In this document: positions 1-7,945 of the stretch, one piece after another | How the letters are laid out: each line of letters begins with the position of its first letter | Numbering within the stretch: the first letter of the stretch is position 1 | Virus record (IMG/VR): IMGVR_UViG_3300030497_000001 | Length of the DNA: 64,000 nucleotides | Direction: 5' to 3' (one strand) | Source: a virus | Made by a program: the position numbers and the translations under genes | The notes under the pieces: model-generated | The model's database searches: none | The model's input: only the letters and a program-made list of their open reading frames with translations | What the model was told of the DNA's origin: nothing

Positions 1-9
1 ATCTTAGAT

Positions 10-420
10 ATGGCACAAGATTCAAAGTATCACGCATTCTCTGTAAGCCGTCATACATATCACGTTTACGACTATGTATTCAATAACTATCATGGTCAAG
101 ATAAAGAGCTTATGTTGTGGGTTGCGATGCTCCATGATACAGGTAAGCATTTCTGTAAGAACTTTAAGAATCGTAAAGGTGAGCCATCTAGATATGCAAA
201 CTTCATTGGTCATGAACATGTCTCTGCTCAACTAGCAGTGCATGTCCTTAAACGACTAGGATTTAATACCGCATTTATACATCAAGCAACAACTCTGATT
301 CAGTTTCATATGTACTTACTTGATGAAAGAGCTAATCGTGACAAGCTTATGAAACAAGTAGGAAAAGATATGTTTGACAAACTAGAGTTACTGCGTGAAG
401 CAGATACTCTAGCACACTAA
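10..420 (+). CDS. HD-domain metal-dependent phosphohydrolase (possibly 5'-truncated by the window edge)
   Basis: HD-superfamily motifs in order: SRHTYH, LHDTGK, GHEH, FHM, EAD. The layout resembles the HD domain of CCA-adding enzymes. The frame stays open back to nt 1, so the true start may lie upstream. Confidence 0.7.
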   Translation: MAQDSKYHAFSVSRHTYHVYDYVFNNYHGQDKELMLWVAMLHDTGKHFCKNFKNRKGEPSRYANFIGHEHVSAQLAVHVLKRLGFNTAFIHQATTLIQFHMYLLDERANRDKLMKQVGKDMFDKLELLREADTLAH

Positions 421-432
421 GGAGGAATTGGA

Positions 433-726
433 ATGATTGAAACATTTAAAAAGTGGTTTGGTAAAAAGGAAGAAGAGAAAATTGAAGAGGTTAAGCCGAC
501 CTTTGACTACATAGTTATCTTTGCAATGAAAGACGGTAGTTATGTAGAGGGTCTTGCAGTTAATTGGGAGAATGCAGATGAAGCATCTGATAGAATTATC
601 ACCCTGCTTGAACAGCGTGAATGGTTTGGTACTGAATCTCCAACTGGTGAAGAGTTAATCCTTAGGTCAAGCAATATTGATAGAGCCACTGTAAAACCAG
701 AACCATTCAGAGAACATCAAAACTAA
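433..726 (+). CDS. hypothetical protein with N-terminal FKKWFGKKEEE motif
   Basis: ORF with an AGGAGG RBS 7 nt upstream of the ATG. No recognisable domain. Confidence 0.7.
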   Translation: MIETFKKWFGKKEEEKIEEVKPTFDYIVIFAMKDGSYVEGLAVNWENADEASDRIITLLEQREWFGTESPTGEELILRSSNIDRATVKPEPFREHQN

Positions 727-762
727 TACCATACTAAACTATATGATAAAGGGGAATGTAAT

Positions 763-1368
763 ATGACAAACAATACAAATAACGAGACTAAAAACCAAGA
801 GACAAAGGCATCAACATCTACGATTAAACGTGATTTCATCTTGAATGAAAATGTTACTGAATCCTCTGTTAAAGATATCGTCACTGGTATTCTAGCAGTT
901 AATCGCCACGATGATAAGAAACAGAAAGAAGACCCTAGCTATGTGCGTGAGCCAATCCATTTAACTGTTAGCTCATATGGTGGAAGTGCATATGACGGAT
1001 TTGGATTAACAGCAGTGATTGACTCATCTGAAACACCAGTTTACACATACTGCTACAGCAAAGCAATGAGTGCAGGATTAGTAATCTTTTCAGCAGGTCA
1101 CAAACGCTTTGCTCACCCAATGGCACGATTCATGTACCATGAGGTTGCAACAGGTCTTCATGGAAAACTAACTCAATTAAAAGATGATTTAGTTGAGATT
1201 CAAAATCTTCAAGATACATATGATGGGTACTTGCTATCTGTGTCCAATCTTCCAAAACATATCATGGATGAGAAAAACAAATATCATTCTGATTGGTACT
1301 TCTCTGGAACAGATGCATTCAACTATGGATTAGTGGATGAACTAATCACAACAAAACGAAATAAATAA
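763..1368 (+). CDS. ClpP-family (S14) serine protease, copy 1
   Basis: ClpP core motifs are present: Ser in KAMSAG, His in RFMYHEV, Asp in HSDWYFSG..YGLVDE. The N-terminus is N/T/K-rich. RBS AAAGGGG. Confidence 0.8.
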   Translation: MTNNTNNETKNQETKASTSTIKRDFILNENVTESSVKDIVTGILAVNRHDDKKQKEDPSYVREPIHLTVSSYGGSAYDGFGLTAVIDSSETPVYTYCYSKAMSAGLVIFSAGHKRFAHPMARFMYHEVATGLHGKLTQLKDDLVEIQNLQDTYDGYLLSVSNLPKHIMDEKNKYHSDWYFSGTDAFNYGLVDELITTKRNK

Positions 1369-1386
1369 TAAAGGGGTAATTGAATT

Positions 1387-2694
1387 TTGGATATCAATAA
1401 AATCTATGGTGTATTTTCACAGCTACAAGAAACGTCTGCAAAGACAGGTAAGGAAGCTATCTTAAAACGACATAAGGGTGATGAGGATATTCTCAAAGCC
1501 CTAAACTTCCTTCTTAATTCATTCATCACAACAGGTATCTCAACTAAGAAGATGAGTAAAGAAATTGTGTTGAAAGGCGATGCGAACTATCAACCAATCC
1601 AAGACTTTAACCACTTACTTACATATGTAGAAGAAAACAATAGTGGTCGTGATTTTACTATACATATGATTCAAGAGTTTGCTAATAAGCATGAAGAACA
1701 TATTGCAGAGTTTATCAAGAAGTTTGTAACAAAGGATTTAAAACTTGGAATCTCTGAAAAGACTGTAAATAAGATTTACGGCAAAGGTACGATTCCTGCA
1801 TTCGCTGTAATGTTAGCAGAATCATTTGCTAAGAAAGAAGCGAAAGTAACAGGTAAATTCTTTATCACTCTTAAACTGGATGGAAACCGATGTGTTGCGA
1901 TTCGTGAAGGCAATACAATTAAATTCTTCACACGTCAAGGGCAACCAATCTTTGACATGGTTGATTTAGAAGCACAGTTTATGAATCTACCAGAAGGATA
2001 TGTATATGATGGAGAGCTTTTACTTATCAATACAGAGAACTTACCATCTGATAAGCTATTCAGAGCTACACAAAAGGTTGTGCGTAAAGATGGTGAAAAG
2101 AAAGATTTAGAGTTTCATATCTTTGATATGTTACCAGTAGCAGAGTTTTACGATGGAAAATCTAAACTTACATATGAGAAGCGTAGAAATCAATTGGGCG
2201 TGCTAGAACAACATGTAGCAGGTCAAGCTAATATCCATATTCTACCAGTATTGTATGAAGGAACAAATAAAGAAATGATTGCACACTTCATGAAGTGGGT
2301 AGAAGAGAACGGTCATGAAGGATTAATGGTCAACACTGCTGATGGTTTATATCTCAACAAACGTACTGACGGTCTATTAAAAGTCAAGAAATTTAAGACA
2401 GCAGACCTTCTATGTATGAGTGTAGAGAAATCTATTGACGGTCAATTTGAAGGATTGCTAGGTCGTATTAATGTTGAGTATAAAGGTAATTTAGTAGGTT
2501 GTGGTAGTGGATTTACAATTGATGAACGTCAAAAATTCATCAACAATCCAGATGAGATTGTAGGAAAAATCATCGAAGTACAATTCTTCGAAGAATCAAC
2601 AGATGAGAAAACTGGTCAACTGTCACTTCGTTTCCCTGTATTCAAAGGTATTCGACATGATAAAGGCATTGAAGACATTAACTATGGAGAGTGA
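1387..2694 (+). CDS. ATP-dependent DNA ligase
   Basis: Adenylation motif I KLDGNR, EGLMV motif, LLKVKKF motif V, and a C-terminal OB-like GCGSGFT..ER segment. TTG start 9 nt after AAAGGGG. Confidence 0.85.
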   Translation: MDINKIYGVFSQLQETSAKTGKEAILKRHKGDEDILKALNFLLNSFITTGISTKKMSKEIVLKGDANYQPIQDFNHLLTYVEENNSGRDFTIHMIQEFANKHEEHIAEFIKKFVTKDLKLGISEKTVNKIYGKGTIPAFAVMLAESFAKKEAKVTGKFFITLKLDGNRCVAIREGNTIKFFTRQGQPIFDMVDLEAQFMNLPEGYVYDGELLLINTENLPSDKLFRATQKVVRKDGEKKDLEFHIFDMLPVAEFYDGKSKLTYEKRRNQLGVLEQHVAGQANIHILPVLYEGTNKEMIAHFMKWVEENGHEGLMVNTADGLYLNKRTDGLLKVKKFKTADLLCMSVEKSIDGQFEGLLGRINVEYKGNLVGCGSGFTIDERQKFINNPDEIVGKIIEVQFFEESTDEKTGQLSLRFPVFKGIRHDKGIEDINYGE

Positions 2695-2698
2695 TAGT

Positions 2699-2956
2699 AT
2701 GAAGTTAGTATATCGTATTGAAGGTATGTATGATAGATTAGGTAATGAGATTAGAAATGAAAGACGACAAGCACGTAGATATTTCATTGAATCAATGCTG
2801 ATTGGTAGCACTGCAAAATTAGTGAATGTAGAAGATGCACTAATGGTTGTCGAAACATCCACTATAGAGGATGTTTTCATTCATAGAAATGTAGTTAAAT
2901 TAGTTACAAAGAATACTGAATATCTATTAGTACCATCTATTGAGGTTGTGGAATAA
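2699..2956 (+). CDS. hypothetical protein
   Basis: Internal ATG of track ORF 2603-2956, preceded by a GGAGAG RBS. The upstream part of the ORF overlaps the ligase 3' end. Confidence 0.6.
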   Translation: MKLVYRIEGMYDRLGNEIRNERRQARRYFIESMLIGSTAKLVNVEDALMVVETSTIEDVFIHRNVVKLVTKNTEYLLVPSIEVVE

Positions 2957-3249
2957 TGAACTTCTTCAAACGACTATTTGGTAAAAAGGAAAAAGTCGAT
3001 GGAGATTTAGAAATGGTGCGTTATGCTATTAAGCATAACGTTGCCATTATCGTTGGCAGTCAGATACCTTATAACAAGATGAGAGGTATTGACCAAAGGA
3101 TTACAGTTTTGCGTATCAACCAGAACTTTACATTTGAAGTTAAAGGGTCTACAGTTGAGAAAGCTGTACTGCATGATACAGTTAGTGATGAATCTAGAGA
3201 ATGGATTATCAATAACACTCAAATTGAGATTGTAGAAATGGAGAAATAA
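2956..3249 (+). CDS. hypothetical protein with N-terminal FFKRLFGKKEK motif
   Basis: TAATG stop/start overlap with the previous gene. Shares an identical 15-nt stretch (TTTGGTAAAAAGGAA) with the 433-726 gene. Confidence 0.65.
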   Translation: MNFFKRLFGKKEKVDGDLEMVRYAIKHNVAIIVGSQIPYNKMRGIDQRITVLRINQNFTFEVKGSTVEKAVLHDTVSDESREWIINNTQIEIVEMEK

Positions 3250-3250
3250 T

Positions 3251-3664
3251 ATGAGAGAAAGTATTTTAGTTTTATATTCTGTGAATGACCTTGCAAGCTT
3301 CACTGCAAAAGAAAAGATGATTAACGCATTGAAAACAACTATCTTAGAAAAAGGAACGAGTTTGAAATATGAAAAGCAGACACGCAATATTCATGAGTTT
3401 GCATTTGAAAATTGGGATAGAATTGTGATTATGCCAGTGGGAACACCAATACATGGTATGCGTATGACACATTTATTCCTTTCAGAAGAGGTATTTGAAT
3501 TAGGTAATATCGACAGATATATTGAAGATTGGTGTCTGCCAAATATTGTAACTAGTGATATGTATGGTGGAAGCAATCCGAGTGATAGAACTTATGTGTT
3601 TGGTTTGAAAGATGGAGAATTAAATGTAGATTTTTATCAAAAAGATGTTGACGAAAGCAAATAA
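3251..3664 (+). CDS. hypothetical protein
   Basis: ORF with a GGAGAA RBS. No recognisable domain. Confidence 0.65.
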   Translation: MRESILVLYSVNDLASFTAKEKMINALKTTILEKGTSLKYEKQTRNIHEFAFENWDRIVIMPVGTPIHGMRMTHLFLSEEVFELGNIDRYIEDWCLPNIVTSDMYGGSNPSDRTYVFGLKDGELNVDFYQKDVDESK

Positions 3665-3676
3665 TAATTATATAAT
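3648..3676 (+). promoter_or_regulatory. sigma-A-type promoter (TTGACG-N17-TATAAT)
   Basis: -35 TTGACG at 3648-3653, 17-nt spacer AAAGCAAATAATAATTA, -10 TATAAT at 3671-3676. Lies just upstream of the Prs-like gene. Confidence 0.6.
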
Positions 3677-3705
3677 AAAGACATCAAATGAAAGGGAGAG
3701 ATAAT

Positions 3706-4584
3706 ATGATTAAAGTAAATGATAAGTTAGTAGAGTTTGAAACATTCCCCAATGGTGAAGCGTTGTTGGTGAAAGAGAGTTTACAAGGTAGTTTAAAAGA
3801 CGGAAGAGATAATGTTGTGCACTTCAAGTATGAAAATGATGCAGACTTAATCAAACTTATGTTTGTTAAGCAACATATCGACAGTCTTACAGGAATGTTT
3901 GATATGAAGATTGCCTTATACATATACTACATGCCTTATAGCAGAATGGATAGAAGCGAAAACTTATCTCCATTCACATTGAAACATGTTGCAAAACTTA
4001 TCAATGACTTAAAATTTAATCAAGTGTTTGTCATTGAACCTCACTCTGATGTTACTCCTGCTGTGCTAGATAGAGCAGAATCAGTATTTGTCAACTTTGA
4101 CTTAATCGAAAAGGTTAAAGAGGAAGTTGGGTTTGATGAGAACGAAGATTACATAATGTTTCCAGATGCAGGAGCATCCAAGCGTTATAGCAAGATGAAA
4201 GCTAAGAACGTTGCAATTGGTCACAAAGAACGAGATTTTGAAACTGGTAAAATCATAGGTTTCAATCTCATCTTGAATAACGGTCTGGCAACAGGAAATA
4301 AAGTTATCATCGTAGATGATATGACATCTTATGGTGGCACATTCGTACATAGTGCAAAAGCTCTTGCTGAAAAAGGGTTTGATGAGATTTACTTACTAGT
4401 TGCTCATGCAGAGAACAGCGTATTACATGGTAATCCAAAAACAGGAATCAACCTGTTTGACCATATCGACAAACTATTCACTACAGACAGTATTTTAACA
4501 GAGCACAACAATTGGGAGTTTAAGAAATTTGAACCACAATTGAAAATCTATAGTTTGGAGGATTATGTGAATGGGAAACTATGA
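3706..4584 (+). CDS. ribose-phosphate pyrophosphokinase family protein (Prs-like; candidate ADP-ribose diphosphokinase Adps of NARP1)
   Basis: PRPP-binding loop VIIVDDMTSYGGTF and overall Prs-like length. ATG at 3706 is preferred over 3688 because the GGGAGAG RBS sits 5 nt upstream. Confidence 0.8.
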   Translation: MIKVNDKLVEFETFPNGEALLVKESLQGSLKDGRDNVVHFKYENDADLIKLMFVKQHIDSLTGMFDMKIALYIYYMPYSRMDRSENLSPFTLKHVAKLINDLKFNQVFVIEPHSDVTPAVLDRAESVFVNFDLIEKVKEEVGFDENEDYIMFPDAGASKRYSKMKAKNVAIGHKERDFETGKIIGFNLILNNGLATGNKVIIVDDMTSYGGTFVHSAKALAEKGFDEIYLLVAHAENSVLHGNPKTGINLFDHIDKLFTTDSILTEHNNWEFKKFEPQLKIYSLEDYVNGKL

Positions 4585-4804
4585 AATCGGTGAGAAAGTA
4601 CGAATAGTCAGAGAGGTTTATGGTCATGGGTTTGAAATTGGCGAAACAGTAATTATCAAATCAATAGAGATAGAACCTTTCGATGGCAGTCTAAGCATCT
4701 TAGCCGTTACAGAAACAGATGATATCGGTTGGTGTTTAGGAGAAGAAGAGATTGAAAAAATAAATGATAGTTGGATTTTAGACCCATTAAAGGAGGAAGA
4801 ATAA
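4571..4804 (+). CDS. small SH3/KOW-like paralog A
   Basis: Motif G-E-x-V-x-I-V..GH-x-F-x-IGE-x-V-x-I ... D-x-W-x-L..EEI-x-x-I is shared with the next two ORFs. GGAGGA RBS. Confidence 0.7.
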   Translation: MGNYEIGEKVRIVREVYGHGFEIGETVIIKSIEIEPFDGSLSILAVTETDDIGWCLGEEEIEKINDSWILDPLKEEE

Positions 4805-4805
4805 T

Positions 4806-5003
4806 ATGTGGGAAGTTGGAGAAGTTGTGGAGATTATTGACGACTTAAATGGTCACATGTTTTATATTGGTCAACGTGTAAGAATTAGAGCGTTACATGA
4901 AAATGGTGACGTTGCTTCGGCAGAAAGCCTTGACGATAGTGAAGATTATTGGTTTCTCAACCAAGATGACATTAAGAAAATAGAAGAACAGGAGGAAGAA
5001 TAG
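4806..5003 (+). CDS. small SH3/KOW-like paralog B
   Basis: Same motif as paralog A. The junction AGGAGGAAGAATAATATG is nearly identical to the next junction. Confidence 0.7.
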   Translation: MWEVGEVVEIIDDLNGHMFYIGQRVRIRALHENGDVASAESLDDSEDYWFLNQDDIKKIEEQEEE

Positions 5004-5004
5004 T

Positions 5005-5187
5005 ATGAGATTCAAAGAGGGAGATATTGTGAAGGTAGTTGCGAATACTACTGCACACGAATTTAGAATTGGAGAACATGTGCGTATCACAGTTACAGAT
5101 GAGGATTTGGGAGAGTACACAGCAGAACACCTTGACGGAAGCGATTTCTGGTATCTTGACGAAGAAGAAGTAGAATCTATTAACTAA
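5005..5187 (+). CDS. small SH3/KOW-like paralog C
   Basis: Same motif as paralogs A and B. Junction AGGAGGAAGAATAGTATG. Confidence 0.7.
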   Translation: MRFKEGDIVKVVANTTAHEFRIGEHVRITVTDEDLGEYTAEHLDGSDFWYLDEEEVESIN

Positions 5188-5210
5188 TATAAAACTAGGA
5201 GAGTGTTATT

Positions 5211-6947
5211 ATGGTAAAAACAAAATTTATTAAACCTGCATCTTTATTATGTGATTTCTACAAAGTGAGTCATAGAGTACAGTATCCTTTTGCAACGGAA
5301 TTTATTTACAGTACGTTTACCCCACGCTCTAACAAGTATTTCAAAATTGCAGACAAGGTTGTAATGTTTGGATTGCAAGCATTCATTAAGAAATACTTGA
5401 TTGAATACTTTAATACATATTTCTTCCAACGTAGAAAAGAAGATGTTATTGCAGAGTATGAGCGTTATATCCGATTCACTTTAGGTGATGAGAATCCAGA
5501 CTCTAGTCATATTAAAGAGTTATGGGAACTTGGATATTTACCAGTTGAGATTAAAGCGTTAAAAGAGGGAACTTTAGCACCAATCAAAACTCCAATGTTA
5601 ACGGTAGTAAATACAGATAAGAAATTTTTCTGGGTTACTAACTACTTAGAAACTATCATTTCAAATGAGATTTGGTTACCGATGACATCTGCAACAATTG
5701 CTTATCAGTATCGTAAAGTTTTAGATGAGTATGCATTAAAAACTACTGGTAGCACTGACGGTGTAATCTTCCAAGGTCATGATTTCTCAATGCGTGGAAT
5801 GGCTTCATTAGAATCTGCAATGGCTAGTGGTGCAGGTCACTTACTATCATTCGTAGGAACTGATACAATTCCTGCAATCATGTATCATGAAGAGTTTTAC
5901 AATGCAGATATCGAAAAAGAATTAGTTGGAACATCTATTCCTGCTACAGAGCATTCAGTAATGTGTGCTAATGCAGATGAGACTTTAGATGAGACAGAGA
6001 CATTCAGACGATTCATGACAGAGGTCTACCCAACTGGTATCTTCTCAATCGTATCTGATACATATGACTTCTGGGATAACGTAGGTCGAGTGCTTCCTGC
6101 ACTTAAAGATACTATCATGAGTCGTGATGGTAAAGTTGTTATCCGACCAGATAGTGGCGACCCTGTAGATATCTTATGTGGCACGCACTTCGAAGACTTA
6201 ACTAATCAGAGATGGTGTGAAACATTAGAAGATGCGAAAGATTTATTCTATGATATGATGATGGAAGACCTTAGAGAAAGAACACCTCATGGAGAGTATG
6301 GAGAGTCAGAAATCTATGGTGCATTCAAATATGAAGATAAATATTATGAGATGGAGATTGACGTTGAATATAATCGCTATGACAAACAGTATTACTTCAT
6401 TGAAGAACATAAATTAAGTAGATTTGAAGAGTTTGAGCCAAGCCTTCAAGACTTAGGTCTAGTAGAAGTGCTTTGGAATATCTTTGGTGGAACTGTCACA
6501 GAACAAGGATATAAATTATTAGACCCTCATATCGGTGCAATCTATGGCGACAGCATCACAGTTGAGCGTGCAACAACGATTGTTAAACGATTAGCAGAGA
6601 AAGGATTCGCATCTACTAACGTAGTATTTGGCATTGGTAGCTTCACTTACCAATATAATACACGTGATACATTTGGATTTGCGATGAAGGCTACTTGGGC
6701 ACAGATTGATGGTGTCGAGAAGCAAATCTTCAAAGACCCAAAAACAGATAGCGGTCTAAAGAAATCACAAAAAGGACGTGTAGTTGTAATTGATTCCCCA
6801 GAAGGAATTACATACAAAGACGGTCTATATAAAAAGGATGCAGATGCATTGGATTACATCGACTTACTACAACCAGTATTCCGTAATGGACAGTTGTTAG
6901 TTGACCAATCGTTATCTGAAATTCGTGAGCGTTTACAAAATCAGTAA
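5211..6947 (+). CDS. nicotinamide phosphoribosyltransferase family protein (NadV/NAMPT-like; candidate Namat of NARP1)
   Basis: N-terminal LLCDFYKVSH, central GHDFSMRG and C-terminal GDSIT/GIGS-type segments are typical of NAMPT. At 578 aa it is longer than I recall typical NAMPTs being (not checked); the excess appears to be an acidic/aromatic segment around residues 330-420. Confidence 0.8.
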   Translation: MVKTKFIKPASLLCDFYKVSHRVQYPFATEFIYSTFTPRSNKYFKIADKVVMFGLQAFIKKYLIEYFNTYFFQRRKEDVIAEYERYIRFTLGDENPDSSHIKELWELGYLPVEIKALKEGTLAPIKTPMLTVVNTDKKFFWVTNYLETIISNEIWLPMTSATIAYQYRKVLDEYALKTTGSTDGVIFQGHDFSMRGMASLESAMASGAGHLLSFVGTDTIPAIMYHEEFYNADIEKELVGTSIPATEHSVMCANADETLDETETFRRFMTEVYPTGIFSIVSDTYDFWDNVGRVLPALKDTIMSRDGKVVIRPDSGDPVDILCGTHFEDLTNQRWCETLEDAKDLFYDMMMEDLRERTPHGEYGESEIYGAFKYEDKYYEMEIDVEYNRYDKQYYFIEEHKLSRFEEFEPSLQDLGLVEVLWNIFGGTVTEQGYKLLDPHIGAIYGDSITVERATTIVKRLAEKGFASTNVVFGIGSFTYQYNTRDTFGFAMKATWAQIDGVEKQIFKDPKTDSGLKKSQKGRVVVIDSPEGITYKDGLYKKDADALDYIDLLQPVFRNGQLLVDQSLSEIRERLQNQ

Positions 6948-6954
6948 ACAATAG

Positions 6955-6985
6955 AGGGTAGTCGAAAGACTGCCCTTAAATTTTA
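6955..6985 (+). terminator. rho-independent terminator (GAAA tetraloop)
   Basis: AGGGTAGTC-GAAA-GACTGCCCT followed by a T-rich tail. One G-U pair forms only in the + strand RNA. Confidence 0.7.
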
Positions 6986-7008
6986 TCTAAAAATATTTCA
7001 AAAAACTA

Positions 7009-7037
7009 TTTACAAAAACCAAAGATAATGGTATATT
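7009..7037 (+). promoter_or_regulatory. sigma-A-type promoter (TTTACA-N17-TATATT, extended TG)
   Basis: -35 at 7009-7014, spacer AAAACCAAAGATAATGG, -10 at 7032-7037. An A-tract-rich upstream region is present. Confidence 0.6.
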
Positions 7038-7056
7038 ATTATCAGAGGTGATAAAC

Positions 7057-7251
7057 ATGACAAGAGAGGAAAGAGAAGCAAAGCGTAATAGAAGAATTGA
7101 GCTTTCCTTCAAAACAATCATCTTTAGTCTATGTGTGTTATTGGCATATATGATAGGATATACAAATGGTCAAAGTGATACATACGATAAGATTAACGAT
7201 GAGATTAAAGCCCCACAACTATATGAGAAAGGGATGAAGATGTATGGATAA
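7057..7251 (+). CDS. small single-pass membrane protein
   Basis: ATG 6 nt after the GAGGTG RBS. Basic N-terminus followed by the hydrophobic stretch IIFSLCVLLAYMIGY. Confidence 0.6.
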   Translation: MTREEREAKRNRRIELSFKTIIFSLCVLLAYMIGYTNGQSDTYDKINDEIKAPQLYEKGMKMYG

Positions 7252-7429
7252 GATTGTTGATATTAAAGTGGTTGAAAATGAATATGAATCAAGATTTCAA
7301 ATGGAGACTTTAAAAGTAGTGCAAGCAATGCAGGAAAAAGGATTCAAGGTGGAAATAAAATATTCAACTACTCATGTAGGGACTTTTAACTCTATGAGAC
7401 ATTCTGCAATGATTATCGGAAAAGTTTAA
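7244..7429 (+). CDS. hypothetical protein
   Basis: ORF overlapping the previous gene by 8 nt. No recognisable domain. Confidence 0.5.
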   Translation: MDKIVDIKVVENEYESRFQMETLKVVQAMQEKGFKVEIKYSTTHVGTFNSMRHSAMIIGKV

Positions 7430-7436
7430 AAAATGT

Positions 7437-7465
7437 TTGACAAGCATAAAAGATAATGATATAAT
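7437..7465 (+). promoter_or_regulatory. consensus sigma-A promoter (TTGACA-N17-TATAAT, extended TG)
   Basis: -35 TTGACA at 7437-7442, spacer AGCATAAAAGATAATGA, -10 TATAAT at 7460-7465. Confidence 0.75.
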
Positions 7466-7497
7466 ACTAGTATACCAAACAAAAGGAGAATGATATT

Positions 7498-7941
7498 ATG
7501 ATTAAAATTATTAAAGCAGACTTAGTAAAGGCAATGAAAGAGAAAGATGAGTTTAAGAAATCTGTATTGCGTATGTTGTTAGCTAAGTTAGAGCAGGAAA
7601 AAGTTAAATTAAAATTAGGAACTGTAGAAGATTTAACAGAAGCACAAGTAGTTGAAACTGTTGTGAAAGCAGGCAAGGAGTTAGATAAAGAGATTGAAGA
7701 GTATCAAAAAGTTGGTCGTGAAGTAGATAAGCAGTTAAACGAAAAAGAAATTTTAACAGCTTACTTGCCAAAGCAATTAACAGAAGCAGAAATTCAAGAC
7801 GAAGTAAATCATGCTTTAGAATTAGTAGAACGTGGTGAATTAACTGATGTAAACAAGGCAAAAGGCTATTTATCTCAAAAATTAAAAGGTAAAGCCGATA
7901 TTAAGGTAGTTATGCAGATTTTAGCAAAAAGCCAAAAATAA
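7498..7941 (+). CDS. GatB/YqeY-domain protein
   Basis: Close collinear resemblance to bacterial YqeY: DLVKAMKEKD..KSVLRMLLA...YLPKQLTEAE...KGKAD. 147 aa, AAGGAG RBS. Confidence 0.75.
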   Translation: MIKIIKADLVKAMKEKDEFKKSVLRMLLAKLEQEKVKLKLGTVEDLTEAQVVETVVKAGKELDKEIEEYQKVGREVDKQLNEKEILTAYLPKQLTEAEIQDEVNHALELVERGELTDVNKAKGYLSQKLKGKADIKVVMQILAKSQK

Positions 7942-7945
7942 AATC

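Noticed and set aside
2603-2698. N-terminal extension of track ORF 2603-2956 overlapping the ligase 3' end.
   Set aside because: There is no RBS at 2603. An internal ATG at 2699 is preceded by GGAGAG and starts right after the ligase stop.
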